Origin: Pseudomonadota bacterium
Lineage (GTDB): Bacteria; Desulfobacterota; Desulfobacteria; Desulfobacterales; RPRI01
Reading direction: 5' to 3'
Assembly: GCA_043825875.1 (NCBI GenBank)
Contig: JBDRRF010000031.1
Location: 32,001-96,000, forward strand
DNA: 64,000 bases
Shown here: positions 29,019-39,698 of the stretch, in pieces
Numbering within the stretch: position 1 is the stretch's first letter
How the letters are laid out: each line of letters opens with the position of its first letter
Program-made: the position numbers and the translations under genes
The notes under the pieces: generated by a model
Told to the model about the DNA's origin: nothing
The model's database searches: none
What the model saw: only the letters and a program-made list of their open reading frames with translations

Positions 29019-30947
29019 TTAGACAGTTTCTATTTTCCAGCCTATATTCGTCAACCTTTCTTCATGACCTGCGATACTATCTTTGTGTACTGCCAGACAA
29101 AGAACACTTTTAGGTCTGGACATTGCAACATATAGTTGTTTCATAAATTTTATATTTTGCTTTTTATCTTGTCTTTCTGCACTTGGATCAGAAAGGTTTT
29201 TGATTAGACTCCCTACATCCATGTTTTTTTTATATTTAGTTTCAAGTACTAATATTGCATCATGGGTCTGACCTTTAACACCATGAATTGTATCGAAGGC
29301 AACAGGGATTCCATTATCTTTCTTAATAATATTAACATTCTCAGTATTACTGAATTTTTTCAACTCCGCATTTGAAGGGTATGACCAAAAAGTATTGGTA
29401 GAAGATTTTGAAGTAAAATTGCTTAATACTGTATTTAAAACAGTCAACAGATTCTGAATTGCAATTTCCCAATTTTCTTTCGAAGGCAGCGTGTTTTCCA
29501 TTGCCCAGTTGCCAAACACTTTATTGAACTTTTCCAGACTTTCTTTTTCCTTTTTGAGAGCAGTAAGAAAATTAGTTTCGTTCAAATTGCTTTTTTCCCC
29601 TTCTATAATTATCTCAATATCCAAACCATACAAGTAATGCAAAAGGCAGTTTATAAGGAGTTCATAGTTATCCTTAACATTAGGGCTACTCTGTTGAACA
29701 GCGAACGCAGCACATTCATAAAGACAATCAAATTTGGGTGTTGAGGATTGTTTGGATTTGATAAAGTTTTTAAAGTACATATCAATTCTGACGTGTGATC
29801 CGTTTTCTGATCTCTTTCCAATGGCACCAACCGCCATAGCTTTGATATCTGTTCTATTTACTCCCTTAAATATCTGGGTTAAATGGTCAGAATAGAGCTG
29901 CGGTATTTGTTTCGCAGATTCATCATTATCATAAACATAAATCAAGTTCTTGCCGTAATTTTTACATTTAGCGTGATCACCTAAATTTATACATGTATGT
30001 GATGTGTTCAACTCCAATCTACTGAAACTCAACCCCCTAACTAAATGTGCAATGCAAGGACTAAACCGGTGAGAATCATTGATACGATATTTGCAAGCAT
30101 CCCAGTCATAACTCTTATTAGGCTCATCACTCATGCCGTCATAAATAGCCTGATCGGCATCACCGAATCTTTGAACAGGAGGCTCTTGTGCATTACGAGG
30201 AAAAATCTTTTCTATTAATTCATCTTGATGCTTTTGCGTATCCTGCATTTCATCGATAAACACCATTTTAAACCGGTTCTGTAATGCTTTTTTCAAGAAA
30301 GTGTTATGAAATAAGTTAGCCTCTGCAAATGCATACATTTCACGATATTGGAAGTATCCATTTTTTTGTAAATTTTCCTTTGCGCTAACTAAGTTTTTAT
30401 AAGAATCAGAATTTGAAGGTTTTGGAAACCCAGGAATTTTGAAAATTAATTTTGTATCTTCCCATTTTGTCATAAGGTCTAATTGAGAACAGTACTTTCT
30501 TTTAAGATATGCTTTAGTTTTATATTCGAGGTATAATTCACATTTTTTAAGATAAACTTCATTGTCGATAGATTTTATTGGTATTTGAATATTTCTTATG
30601 AAGGGTATTGCAATAAACTTATTAACAAATTCTTGGATGGTACCAATAAAATGGGGATATTCAAGAAATCGCCAACCGGTAGTATGATTTTTCAAAAGTT
30701 TTATTATTTCATTCTTTGCGACATTTGTGTGCGATAAAACACATACCCCATTTCTTGGCCATTCCCAATTATTTGAGAGTATTAAAAGTTTTGCTGCAAG
30801 CAAAGTAGTCTTACCGCTTCCTGGGCAGGCTTGAACATCAAACGAAGTATTGTCCCTTAAGATTTCACGTCTGGCTTTATCAAAAGTAATGCCTTCAAGC
30901 TCAGCTTCAACAGCATCAATGTCTGCTTCGGTAATCTCAAGCATCAT
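29019..30947 (-). CDS. gajB: UvrD/Rep-like SF1 helicase (Gabija GajB-like)
   Basis: ACPGSGKTT, LSHTN, GTIQEF, DEMQD, FGDADQAIY, SHR, TIHGVKG, LYVAMSRPK; overlaps upstream OLD gene. Confidence 0.8.
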   Translation of the reverse strand: MMLEITEADIDAVEAELEGITFDKARREILRDNTSFDVQACPGSGKTTLLAAKLLILSNNWEWPRNGVCVLSHTNVAKNEIIKLLKNHTTGWRFLEYPHFIGTIQEFVNKFIAIPFIRNIQIPIKSIDNEVYLKKCELYLEYKTKAYLKRKYCSQLDLMTKWEDTKLIFKIPGFPKPSNSDSYKNLVSAKENLQKNGYFQYREMYAFAEANLFHNTFLKKALQNRFKMVFIDEMQDTQKHQDELIEKIFPRNAQEPPVQRFGDADQAIYDGMSDEPNKSYDWDACKYRINDSHRFSPCIAHLVRGLSFSRLELNTSHTCINLGDHAKCKNYGKNLIYVYDNDESAKQIPQLYSDHLTQIFKGVNRTDIKAMAVGAIGKRSENGSHVRIDMYFKNFIKSKQSSTPKFDCLYECAAFAVQQSSPNVKDNYELLINCLLHYLYGLDIEIIIEGEKSNLNETNFLTALKKEKESLEKFNKVFGNWAMENTLPSKENWEIAIQNLLTVLNTVLSNFTSKSSTNTFWSYPSNAELKKFSNTENVNIIKKDNGIPVAFDTIHGVKGQTHDAILVLETKYKKNMDVGSLIKNLSDPSAERQDKKQNIKFMKQLYVAMSRPKSVLCLAVHKDSIAGHEERLTNIGWKIETV

Positions 30948-32868
30948 TTTTCTCTACAGGTGTTAGAACTTTACCAGACACGTGCTCATACATTTGGAGG
31001 ATATATTTTGGTAGCTTACACTTTAATTCTTCTGTATCCCTCGGTTTGTTGTTTTTTTTGTCCCAGTACTTATATTCTAGTATTCTTGCTAATTGATATG
31101 CCGTTTCTGATTTGGATTTACCTCCGGTCAGAGGTTTATAGATTCTTGCAGAAATTTCCGCATTTGTTCCTGTATTAATTTCTTCAAACGCGGTTTTTGT
31201 GCCAATAGCCTGATGCATTTCTTCTTTTAGACCACAGTGAGCGATGTCGTATTCAAGAGTCCAACTTGGTGAAACAAAAGTTTTAACATTTTGTCCATCA
31301 TTCTCTTTCTTTTTATTTATATACACATCAAGCTTCTTTTCCTCTATTGAACCATCATAAAATGATTCAAACGATGTTTTATTTTTATCTGTTTTCTTAA
31401 TATATTTAATATCACTTTTTTCACAATCTTCTTCAAAAGCAACAATATCCGGCCTTAAATCTCGGTCGGCCACACAAGCAACCATTATAGGCACTTGGCC
31501 ATCCTTATCTGGGTGCTCACGCTGTAAAATTCGCGAGAATCTAAAAAGCCCTGTATGTCCAACATTCACAATTGATATACCATTCTTTTCTAATGGACAA
31601 TCAAGCAATTTTGCGATTACCGGAAAAAGTATGTTTTCCGCGTCACCTTCAACGATGATTACACCTCTTGCAAAAAATAAATTAGCCTTCGTTGCGTCCA
31701 AGAACTTTTCGAGGAAATGGTAATCATCTTTATCCAGTCTTGTTTTTCCCTTACGCATATCAAAAACTTTGTTGTCTGCAAGTAAAAGCATGCTATCCAG
31801 CGGTACCTTTGAAGCTAGTATGGGACTATGGGTAGTAAGAATTGTTTTCACACCATTTTGAGATTTCAAGAATTCCAATAGTTGCAGTTGCATCTGTGGA
31901 TGAAGATGGGCTTCCGGCTCCTCAATAAGCAACAATGGTAAATTCTCACCTTTTTCTTGCTGTATTAAAAGCATCTCTGTTGCCATATACATCAGGTTAT
32001 TATAGCCAAGTCCATGAGCAGTAAAAACATCATTTTCACCTTCGGAAAGATTCAGGTTGAGACGTTCAAGTATTCGTTTTAAGAAAAGGTATTTTTGTGC
32101 GTCGTTAAGATCCTTACTAGACTTAACATCAGCCATCTTTATTTTAGTAGAAAGGTTGTCTTTTTCAAACCGAAGTTTTTGAAAATAATTATCATTGATA
32201 GTCTTCTCGGTATCGGCAATGACCTCATTTTTTTCAATGTTTTGATTAGCCTCAACCATGATGTCAATTAGTTTCTCTTTAGAGTCTTGTATCTTTTTAT
32301 GCCCAGCAAGAATCTGTGACAGGCGAGAACCGTGCCCTGAACTCATTTCTAATGCGGCATCACGAAGTGGTTTAAGGTAAGTAGTTCGTAAAAATGCACG
32401 GATTTCACCTTCAATGGAGTTACCCGTGCCATTTACACCACTCTTAATTGTTCTATCGATAAACCTTATTCCACGCATTTTTCGTTGAGTGATCTGAGCT
32501 AATAACGTAACATATAATATGGGTTTTCCCTCTTCCGTACTTAAATGCTCAACAAAAGGTGCACAGGTTTCAATAGCATTTTCATTCTCAGAAAATTTAA
32601 AGCAAGCCTCTATTCTCATACAGGTTACACCAACATGAAAATCATCCTCTGTAATCCATGTTCTCTCTTGTGAATTTGTATCAAGAAGATAACGAATCGC
32701 ATCTATGACAGCAGTTTTTCCAGAATCATTTTCTCCTACTAAAACATTTAAACCAGGTTGGAATTCTATCTTTAATCCAAAATTTTCATTGGTTATCTCC
32801 TTCTCTCCCTTCTTAGGACATAGCCCATATTTTCTAAAATTCCATAGTTTTAAATTATGGAGATACAT
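30937..32868 (-). CDS. gajA: OLD-family ATP-dependent endonuclease, ABC ATPase + TOPRIM (Gabija GajA-like)
   Basis: GENDSGKT, LKPLRDA, GLGYNNL, IEEPEAHLHP, TTHSP, VEGDAE, DRD, TLEYD. Confidence 0.85.
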   Translation of the reverse strand: MYLHNLKLWNFRKYGLCPKKGEKEITNENFGLKIEFQPGLNVLVGENDSGKTAVIDAIRYLLDTNSQERTWITEDDFHVGVTCMRIEACFKFSENENAIETCAPFVEHLSTEEGKPILYVTLLAQITQRKMRGIRFIDRTIKSGVNGTGNSIEGEIRAFLRTTYLKPLRDAALEMSSGHGSRLSQILAGHKKIQDSKEKLIDIMVEANQNIEKNEVIADTEKTINDNYFQKLRFEKDNLSTKIKMADVKSSKDLNDAQKYLFLKRILERLNLNLSEGENDVFTAHGLGYNNLMYMATEMLLIQQEKGENLPLLLIEEPEAHLHPQMQLQLLEFLKSQNGVKTILTTHSPILASKVPLDSMLLLADNKVFDMRKGKTRLDKDDYHFLEKFLDATKANLFFARGVIIVEGDAENILFPVIAKLLDCPLEKNGISIVNVGHTGLFRFSRILQREHPDKDGQVPIMVACVADRDLRPDIVAFEEDCEKSDIKYIKKTDKNKTSFESFYDGSIEEKKLDVYINKKKENDGQNVKTFVSPSWTLEYDIAHCGLKEEMHQAIGTKTAFEEINTGTNAEISARIYKPLTGGKSKSETAYQLARILEYKYWDKKNNKPRDTEELKCKLPKYILQMYEHVSGKVLTPVEKNDA

Positions 32869-33311
32869 ATTTATTAATTCCGTATTTTTTTATATTACAG
32901 ATTAGTGCCCAAGTTGATCGGTTTTGTTAACATGATAATAATACTAAAAGGATGTCTTATAATACTGTGAAATTCTGAACCTATCAATACCACAATTATG
33001 ATTATCGTGGCAACATCTATTCGATATTATTGTTATTACCAAACTTGTTCAACACACGATATATATTCTTAGTTAGTTAACTGTTCGATACTGCTGCGTC
33101 CTTGGCTGGCTCCTGCTCTTATGGAATTTGTTGCAATTCAAAGAACCTGGCACTTATGGCCTAAATGCCTTTGCATACTTTGTGAGAGATAAAACGAGGT
33201 AATCTTTCTTGCTGATTTAGGCTCAAAGCTATTTTCGATAATAAACATAAAGTATATCATGATCTCTTTATATTATAATAAAAGTATGTTAGAAGCATTT
33301 TTTGTTGTTTT

Positions 33312-33439
33312 TGTAAAGAAAACCGACGATTTTAGGGTTGCAGAAGATGTTTGTTGAATATAAATATAAAAAAATACATTAAATATAGGTAGTTGTATAA
33401 TATAATATTTTGTTCATAAAATTGTAAAGTATTCCGACA
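33312..33439 (+). promoter_or_regulatory. Two TGT-N11-ACA-type enhancer boxes
   Basis: TGTAAAGAAAACCGACG (33312-33328) and TGTAAAGTATTCCGACA (33423-33439). Confidence 0.5.
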
Positions 33440-33806
33440 GCTAAAAAGTGGTTGATGGAGAAAAAGCGGTTGTCAGTTGACAGTTTACAGTTTACGGTTA
33501 AAACAGTTCATAGGTTTTTGGGTTCATAACCTGAAAGATATGTATAACCATTTTGCTTCAGTTGGATGAACTGCTTTGTAAAAATTTTCATCTCAAAATT
33601 TTTACAAAAACTCTGAGAAATTTGTGTGCTCTGTGAGAGACAAAGTTATCTCATAAATTTATAAACTGATAAATAGGGTAAACATAGCATGTAACATATT
33701 AATATAGTATAAAAAATCATCTATTGATAACTTAACGGTATATATCCGGTAAGGAAAAGATCGGTGCTAACTTCGTAAATTAATTAAGATAAAGAAAAGA
33801 TTATCA

Positions 33807-33834
33807 TTGACTTATTGAGATAACATGATAAAGT
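33807..33834 (+). promoter_or_regulatory. Possible sigma70 promoter of the gsp operon
   Basis: TTGACT, 16-nt spacer, extended -10 TGn-TAAAGT. Confidence 0.35.
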
Positions 33835-33876
33835 TACACAGAATTATTAAGTTTGCTTGCCCTGGGGGGTCAAAAT

Positions 33877-34737
33877 ATGCTTTACCGAAAAGCAGATGCC
33901 TTGAGCATTATTAATGTAATAGTTTTAATTGTACTTATAGCTTTTGTGCTGGTTTGCGTAAGAACTTTCATTGCAAGAGTTTATAATGCTAAAGATGTTA
34001 AAACTCCGGCTCTTTTTCAGACTGCAAATTTTAAACATATAAAAAAAGGCCTGATGGAATATGAATCCATTCTAATTAACAACCCTTTTGGTTTTACAGC
34101 AGGTGCTTTAAAACCCTTAAGCGGTTCGTCTGTCAAACCACATTTTATTTCAGATATTAAACTTATAGGGACTATTTCGGGTGATGACATGTTTAGTTAT
34201 GCCGTATTTGCAGGCAGTGACGGCAAACAGGAAATATTTAAGTCAGGTGAATTCATACCGGGAAACGGCTTGCTAAAACAAGTGGAAAAAGACAAGGCTT
34301 TTATAGAATCAGAAGATGTGATCTCTGAAATTTCCATAGTGGAATCTATAGCTGCTGTGAATCAGAAAACAGCGCCCTCTAGTAATAACTTACCTTCTTA
34401 TGTAAATAAACTTGATAAAGGAGAGTATGTTATTGATCAGAAACTGGTTGAAAGTGCTTTGGAAAATCCGGGTCGTTTCCTTTCTAATATCAGGTTAATT
34501 CCAAATATGAAAAATAACCGGCAGGAAGGCTTCCTTCTAAGAGATATAAAAAAAGGTGAAATACAAGATAATCTGGGTTTAAAAAATGAAGATATTATTT
34601 TAAGAGTAAACAATTTTGATATTACAAACCCGGAAAATGCTCTTAAGGCTTTTACTGCCTTAAAGGGTACGAACAGGGTACGGCTTGATATCATAAGATC
34701 CGGTAAAAGAACTACAATGACCTATCAAATCAGGTAA
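33877..34737 (+). CDS. gspC: Type II secretion protein C with PDZ domain
   Basis: TM anchor; KLIGTI..D..FSYAVF HR domain; LGLKNEDIILRVN...LDIIRSG PDZ. Confidence 0.88.
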   Translation: MLYRKADALSIINVIVLIVLIAFVLVCVRTFIARVYNAKDVKTPALFQTANFKHIKKGLMEYESILINNPFGFTAGALKPLSGSSVKPHFISDIKLIGTISGDDMFSYAVFAGSDGKQEIFKSGEFIPGNGLLKQVEKDKAFIESEDVISEISIVESIAAVNQKTAPSSNNLPSYVNKLDKGEYVIDQKLVESALENPGRFLSNIRLIPNMKNNRQEGFLLRDIKKGEIQDNLGLKNEDIILRVNNFDITNPENALKAFTALKGTNRVRLDIIRSGKRTTMTYQIR

Positions 34738-34750
34738 GGATAAGGCGAGC

Positions 34751-36931
34751 ATGATCGGTAAAAAAATTAATTGGATGTTTTTATTGGCTGTATCTTTTAT
34801 ACTCATTATGGGTATTCTTCCGAATGGTTTTGCAGCATCAAAGGATACGGAGAAGATAAGCTTTAATTTTGTGGATATCGACCTTCCTGTAGTAGTAAAG
34901 TTTGTAAGTGAAATTACCGGAAAAAATTTTATTTTTGATGAGGATGTCAGGGGCAAGGTTACAATTATTGCTCCATCAAAAATCAGCATAAATGATGCAT
35001 TTGGCCTTTTTACGTCAGTGCTTGCATTAAAAGGCTATACAGTTATTCCAACCATAGCCGGTATGTATAAGATTATCCCTACTGCGAATGCAAGGCATAG
35101 CGGAATGGAAGTAACAAACGATGGGCTTCCGGCTAATGAAAATTATATAGCCAGACTTATTACGATCAAATATGTTTCTTCTGCAGAAACGCTTAAATTT
35201 ATTGCTCCCATGGTATCAAAAAATGGTTATGCATCAGTATTCGGGCCGGGCAATATGCTGCTTGTAATTGATTCAGGAATAAATATAAGAAAAATAGTAT
35301 CCATTATAGAATCAATCGACCAGCCGAGTGTGGGAGAGATGCCGGAAATTGTATATCTTAAATATGCCGGTGCTGAAGTTGTTGCCAAGACAATAAATGA
35401 TAATATCAGCAATCGTGGGATGCAAAACGGAATATCGTCTAATGCTTTGCCAGGCAGTGCAGGAAAGGCTGTTGCAGACCAGAGATTAAACGCAGTGATG
35501 CTGTTCGGGGATAAAGCAATGAAAGAATTAATGCGTTCCTTTATTTCCCTTCTTGATGTGCGCTCTCCTGATGCACAAGGTATGATCAATGTTTATTTCA
35601 TGGAGAATGCAGATGCAGTTGAACTTGCAAAAGTGTTGCAACTTCTTATACAAGCGGGACAGACAAAGCAGGCAGCTGCTTCCATGTCGGTGTTTGAAAC
35701 TGCCGGAGGCATTTCTATTACTGCGGATAAAGCGTCAAATGCTCTGGTAGTAGTTGCTACACCTACTGATTACCAGAATTTGTTACGAATCATAAAACAA
35801 CTTGATAAGAGAAGAAAGCAGGTTTTTGTGGAAGCCATGATTGCCGAGGTTTCTATTGGTAAATTGCTTGAACTTGGCTCAAAATGGCGCGCCGCAGTTA
35901 CAAAGGATGGAGAGCCTATCGTGGTGGGAGGAGTGGGAGAGGTAAATGCTTCAACTATAAGTTCCATCCTTTCCGGTATGACCGGTCTAACGCTGGGCGG
36001 TATGTCCAATTACTTCACGGTTCCGCAGGGTTTTGTACCTGGAGCAACTTCCGATGTTAAAGTTCCGGGAATTACTGCATTGTTTAGCATGAGTGAATTT
36101 AAAGATGCTGTAAATATTCTCTCAACACCGCAGATTCTTACTTCAGATAATATGGAGGCTGAAATCCTGGTTGGTGAAAATATACCTTTGATCTCATCGA
36201 GAGAAAGGGATATTAGTACCACCGCAACCGTTCTTACTTCCATAGAACGTAAAGATGTTGGTGTGCTTTTGAAGATTACACCTCAGATAAACGAGGGTGA
36301 ATATGTAAAACTGGATATATATCAGGAAATTTCGGCAGCGAAGGCAGATTCAGAAAATATTATAACATCAGTTGGTCCTACAATGACAAAAAGATCAACA
36401 AGAACATCCGTATCGGTAAAAGATAAGCAAACGGTTGTAATTGGTGGACTAATGGAAGAAAAAGATGAAGAATTAATTACAAAAGTTCCCTTTTTGGGAG
36501 ATATTCCCGTTTTGGGTTGGTTTTTTAAATTCAGGAGCACCAGCAGGACAAAGACAAATCTGTTAATATTTTTAACTCCTTATATTATTCATGAAGCTTC
36601 CGATCTTTCCACGCTTACTCAAAATAAATATAACGATTATATGCTTAATGGAATACAGTATGTCGAGGATGAATTGATGGTTCAATTTAAAGAAGGTATT
36701 CCCAAAGAAGTAATTCATAAAATATTGTCAGAACAAAAGGTGTCAAATATTGAAACCACCAGCAGCGGAGTTTATCATATTAAACTTGACAAGAATGTAG
36801 ATCTTAAGAAAGCGATAAATAAATATTCTTTAATTCCGGAAGTACAAAATGTTGAGCCTGTTCCGAGGATTAAGATTCAGGAATCAGGAGAGAAAAGCAG
36901 TAATCAGGAATCTGGGACAGCGGAACAATAA
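34751..36931 (+). CDS. gspD: Type II secretion secretin with extra C-terminal domain
   Basis: FNFVDIDL..VVKFVSEITGKNFI; QVFVEAMIAEV; NILSTPQILT; KVPFLGDIPVLGWFF; TNLLIFLTPYII. Confidence 0.95.
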   Translation: MIGKKINWMFLLAVSFILIMGILPNGFAASKDTEKISFNFVDIDLPVVVKFVSEITGKNFIFDEDVRGKVTIIAPSKISINDAFGLFTSVLALKGYTVIPTIAGMYKIIPTANARHSGMEVTNDGLPANENYIARLITIKYVSSAETLKFIAPMVSKNGYASVFGPGNMLLVIDSGINIRKIVSIIESIDQPSVGEMPEIVYLKYAGAEVVAKTINDNISNRGMQNGISSNALPGSAGKAVADQRLNAVMLFGDKAMKELMRSFISLLDVRSPDAQGMINVYFMENADAVELAKVLQLLIQAGQTKQAAASMSVFETAGGISITADKASNALVVVATPTDYQNLLRIIKQLDKRRKQVFVEAMIAEVSIGKLLELGSKWRAAVTKDGEPIVVGGVGEVNASTISSILSGMTGLTLGGMSNYFTVPQGFVPGATSDVKVPGITALFSMSEFKDAVNILSTPQILTSDNMEAEILVGENIPLISSRERDISTTATVLTSIERKDVGVLLKITPQINEGEYVKLDIYQEISAAKADSENIITSVGPTMTKRSTRTSVSVKDKQTVVIGGLMEEKDEELITKVPFLGDIPVLGWFFKFRSTSRTKTNLLIFLTPYIIHEASDLSTLTQNKYNDYMLNGIQYVEDELMVQFKEGIPKEVIHKILSEQKVSNIETTSSGVYHIKLDKNVDLKKAINKYSLIPEVQNVEPVPRIKIQESGEKSSNQESGTAEQ

Positions 36932-36975
36932 TAAGATGATAAGCAAAAAATAGACAATAGAATATATTAAAAATA

Positions 36976-38535
36976 ATGATCTGGACATTACTTGATGAAA
37001 AAATAGCTGCCCCGGCAGCAGGAACCACGATAAAACTTATCAAAGATAATGATGTGGATATTACTCTGTTAAGGCAGGTTCCCTACTTCTACTCAAAAAA
37101 CAATCTTATCATGCCATTAAGGATAAATGACGGTTTTTTGGTTGCCGCTGTATATGGTAACAACGGTCTTTTGGCTGCTGTTGAACTGGCGGGAAAATAC
37201 GGACTTAAAGCACATCCTTTAAGAGCGGAGCAAGGCATTATTACTGAGGCTATCAGTAAATTTTATGGCCAGATCAGTAATGCCGAAGAAGTTATGGACA
37301 ATATGGATGCAGAGGATCTGTCCTCTGTGGCCACCGAGTTTGAGAAGCCGCGGGATATCCTTGAGCTTACGGAAGATGCCCCTATCATAAGGCTTCTTAA
37401 TGCCCTTTTCCAGCAGGCATTCAAAGAAAGAGCAAGCGACATTCATATAGAGCCTTACGAAAAAGATCTTGAAGTCAGAATGCGAATTGACGGGATACTG
37501 CACAAGATTTTGCATCCTCCTAAAATTATCCAGGAAGCCCTGATAAGCAGGGTAAAAATTATGGCAAATCTTGATATTGCTGAAAAAAGACTTCCACAGG
37601 ATGGCCGGATAAGGCTTCTTATCGGAGGCCAGGATATCGATCTTAGAGTATCAATTATTCCTACATCATTTGGAGAAAGAGCAGTATTAAGGCTGCTCGA
37701 TAGAAAACAGGGGCTTATCGGTCTTTATGAAGTAGGTCTTGATAAAAAAGATGAGGTGAGATTTGAAAAACTGCTTGAAAATACAAGCGGTATCATCCTT
37801 GTAACCGGACCGACAGGAAGCGGCAAAACAACAACCCTTTATGCTGCTTTAAACAGAATCCATACTGAAGGAAGAAACATTATTACTGTAGAAGATCCTG
37901 TGGAGTATCAATTAAAGGGTATAGGGCAGATGCAGGTTAATCCAAAAATAGGCCTTACATTCGCATCCGGATTAAGATCAATATTAAGGCAGGACCCTGA
38001 TATTATAATGGTCGGTGAAATACGTGATTTTGAAACTGCTGAAATTGCAATCCAAGCCTCTCTTACGGGGCATCTTGTTTTAAGCACTCTTCATACCAAT
38101 GATGCTGTAGCAGCACTTGCACGGCTTGCCGATATGGGAATGGAGCCTTTCCTTGTTTCTTCTTCCCTTGTTGCTGTTGTTGCCCAGCGGCTTGTCAGAA
38201 CTATTTGCCCTCATTGCAAAGAAGTTTATCAGCCGCCATCTTCGGAAACGGCGTATTTCCCTTTACCTGTTAAACAATTATACAAAGGTAAAGGATGCAG
38301 TGAATGCAGACAAAGCGGCTATCTTGGAAGAACGGGGATTTATGAAATTCTTTCCATAGATAATAAACTTAGACAAATGATTGCGGCGCGTGTTGATGCG
38401 CAGACTATCAAAGATTATGCTGTTTCCAAAGGAATGAGAACCCTTTATTCGGAAGGCGTTGATAAGGTTATGAAAGGCATTACTACATTGCAGGAAATCT
38501 TGAGAGCTACGCAGAAAGACTATGCCGATATTTAA
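36976..38535 (+). CDS. gspE: Type II secretion ATPase
   Basis: ASDIHIEP; LDIAEKRLPQDGRI; GPTGSGKTTT; LRQDPDIIMVGEIRD; CPHC...CSEC. Confidence 0.95.
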   Translation: MIWTLLDEKIAAPAAGTTIKLIKDNDVDITLLRQVPYFYSKNNLIMPLRINDGFLVAAVYGNNGLLAAVELAGKYGLKAHPLRAEQGIITEAISKFYGQISNAEEVMDNMDAEDLSSVATEFEKPRDILELTEDAPIIRLLNALFQQAFKERASDIHIEPYEKDLEVRMRIDGILHKILHPPKIIQEALISRVKIMANLDIAEKRLPQDGRIRLLIGGQDIDLRVSIIPTSFGERAVLRLLDRKQGLIGLYEVGLDKKDEVRFEKLLENTSGIILVTGPTGSGKTTTLYAALNRIHTEGRNIITVEDPVEYQLKGIGQMQVNPKIGLTFASGLRSILRQDPDIIMVGEIRDFETAEIAIQASLTGHLVLSTLHTNDAVAALARLADMGMEPFLVSSSLVAVVAQRLVRTICPHCKEVYQPPSSETAYFPLPVKQLYKGKGCSECRQSGYLGRTGIYEILSIDNKLRQMIAARVDAQTIKDYAVSKGMRTLYSEGVDKVMKGITTLQEILRATQKDYADI

Positions 38536-39697
38536 ATATAAAGGGTATAATTCCAAGGGATCGGAAATAACAGGTACTATAGAAGCACAGGGGCGTTTTG
38601 ATGCCATTTCTGCTTTAAAGGCAAAACTGATCTTTCCAACAGATGTCCTGGAGGTAACCAAAAAGCCGATAAGAAGTATATTTCAGAAAAAAGATGATAC
38701 TTTTCTTCCGGATTTTACAAGAAATCTTTCGATGCTTCTTGCTTCCGGAGTTCAGTTGATGGATGCTCTGCAATCACTTTCTGATGAATATACCGGATAT
38801 TACGGGGATTTGCTGGTTCAAATAAAAGAAAGAGTATCTGCCGGCATGAGTCTGCATAAAGCACTGGAGGTTTATGGGGATTTTTTTCCGGAGTATTATA
38901 TTAATATGGTTCAGGCCGGCGAGACAAGTGGCTCTTTAGATATGGTTCTTGTAAAGATTGCCGATTTTCTTGAAACGCAGGCTTTCATTAAAGCAAAAGT
39001 TAGATCGGCAACTGCATACCCTCTTTTAATGGCCGGTGTAAGCTTATTGATTCTCTTCTTTCTGTTTTCTTTTGTAATGCCGAAGATTGTAAGAATATTT
39101 TCAGAAACAGGCGGTTCTCTGCCTTTTCTTACAGCAGCAATTATTGCGGTGAGCAATATTTTTTCCAAATACTGGTGGGCAATCATTGCGATATTTTTTT
39201 CGACAGCCTGGTTGTTAAGAAAGTTATTTAAAAAATACAGAACACAAATTGATGGCATTATTTTAAAACTGCCCGGTAATATTATTCAGAGCCTGTATTA
39301 TGCTAGATTTGCAAGGACAATGGGTGCTCTTCTTGAAGGGGGTATTCCATTACTTAAAGCGCTCAAACTTTCTGCAAAATCTATTGGCAACAGAAAACTG
39401 GAGCTTAATGTTCTCGATTCCGTAGAAAAGGTAGCAGGCGGACAGCAGATGTCTTCTTCTCTCTCCGGATTTCCGCCGCTTTTATTAAGACTTATATCTA
39501 CCGGTGAAAAAAGTGGCAATCTTGCTCAGACAATAAACAGAGCGGCTTTGTCTTATGAACAGCAATTTGCCAGAAAAATTGAAAAGGCATTATCTCTTTT
39601 TGAACCTGCAATGGTACTTTCAATGGGGGTTGTGGTTTGTATTATTGTTCTTGCTGTTTTACTTCCAATCTTTCAGATGAATCAATTGGTAAAATAA
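38522..39697 (+). CDS. gspF: Type II secretion inner-membrane platform protein
   Basis: MVQAGETSGSLD; AYP; GEKSGNL; FEP; LLPIFQMN. Confidence 0.93.
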   Translation: MPIFKYKGYNSKGSEITGTIEAQGRFDAISALKAKLIFPTDVLEVTKKPIRSIFQKKDDTFLPDFTRNLSMLLASGVQLMDALQSLSDEYTGYYGDLLVQIKERVSAGMSLHKALEVYGDFFPEYYINMVQAGETSGSLDMVLVKIADFLETQAFIKAKVRSATAYPLLMAGVSLLILFFLFSFVMPKIVRIFSETGGSLPFLTAAIIAVSNIFSKYWWAIIAIFFSTAWLLRKLFKKYRTQIDGIILKLPGNIIQSLYYARFARTMGALLEGGIPLLKALKLSAKSIGNRKLELNVLDSVEKVAGGQQMSSSLSGFPPLLLRLISTGEKSGNLAQTINRAALSYEQQFARKIEKALSLFEPAMVLSMGVVVCIIVLAVLLPIFQMNQLVK

Positions 39698-39698
39698 T

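Noticed and set aside
5024..33000. tRNA-Lys as attachment site of an integrated island or prophage
   Set aside because: No integrase, no phage genes, and no duplicate of the tRNA 3' end seen in the window
33148..33175. TGGCAC as a sigma54 promoter
   Set aside because: No GC at the required -12 spacing, and it lies upstream of the enhancer-like boxes
33470..33645. Short heptamer runs (TGACAGT/TTACAGT), TGTAAAAATTT..AAATTTTTACA palindrome and CTCTGTGAGAG motif
   Set aside because: Short low-complexity repeats in AT-rich DNA; no function can be supported from this window
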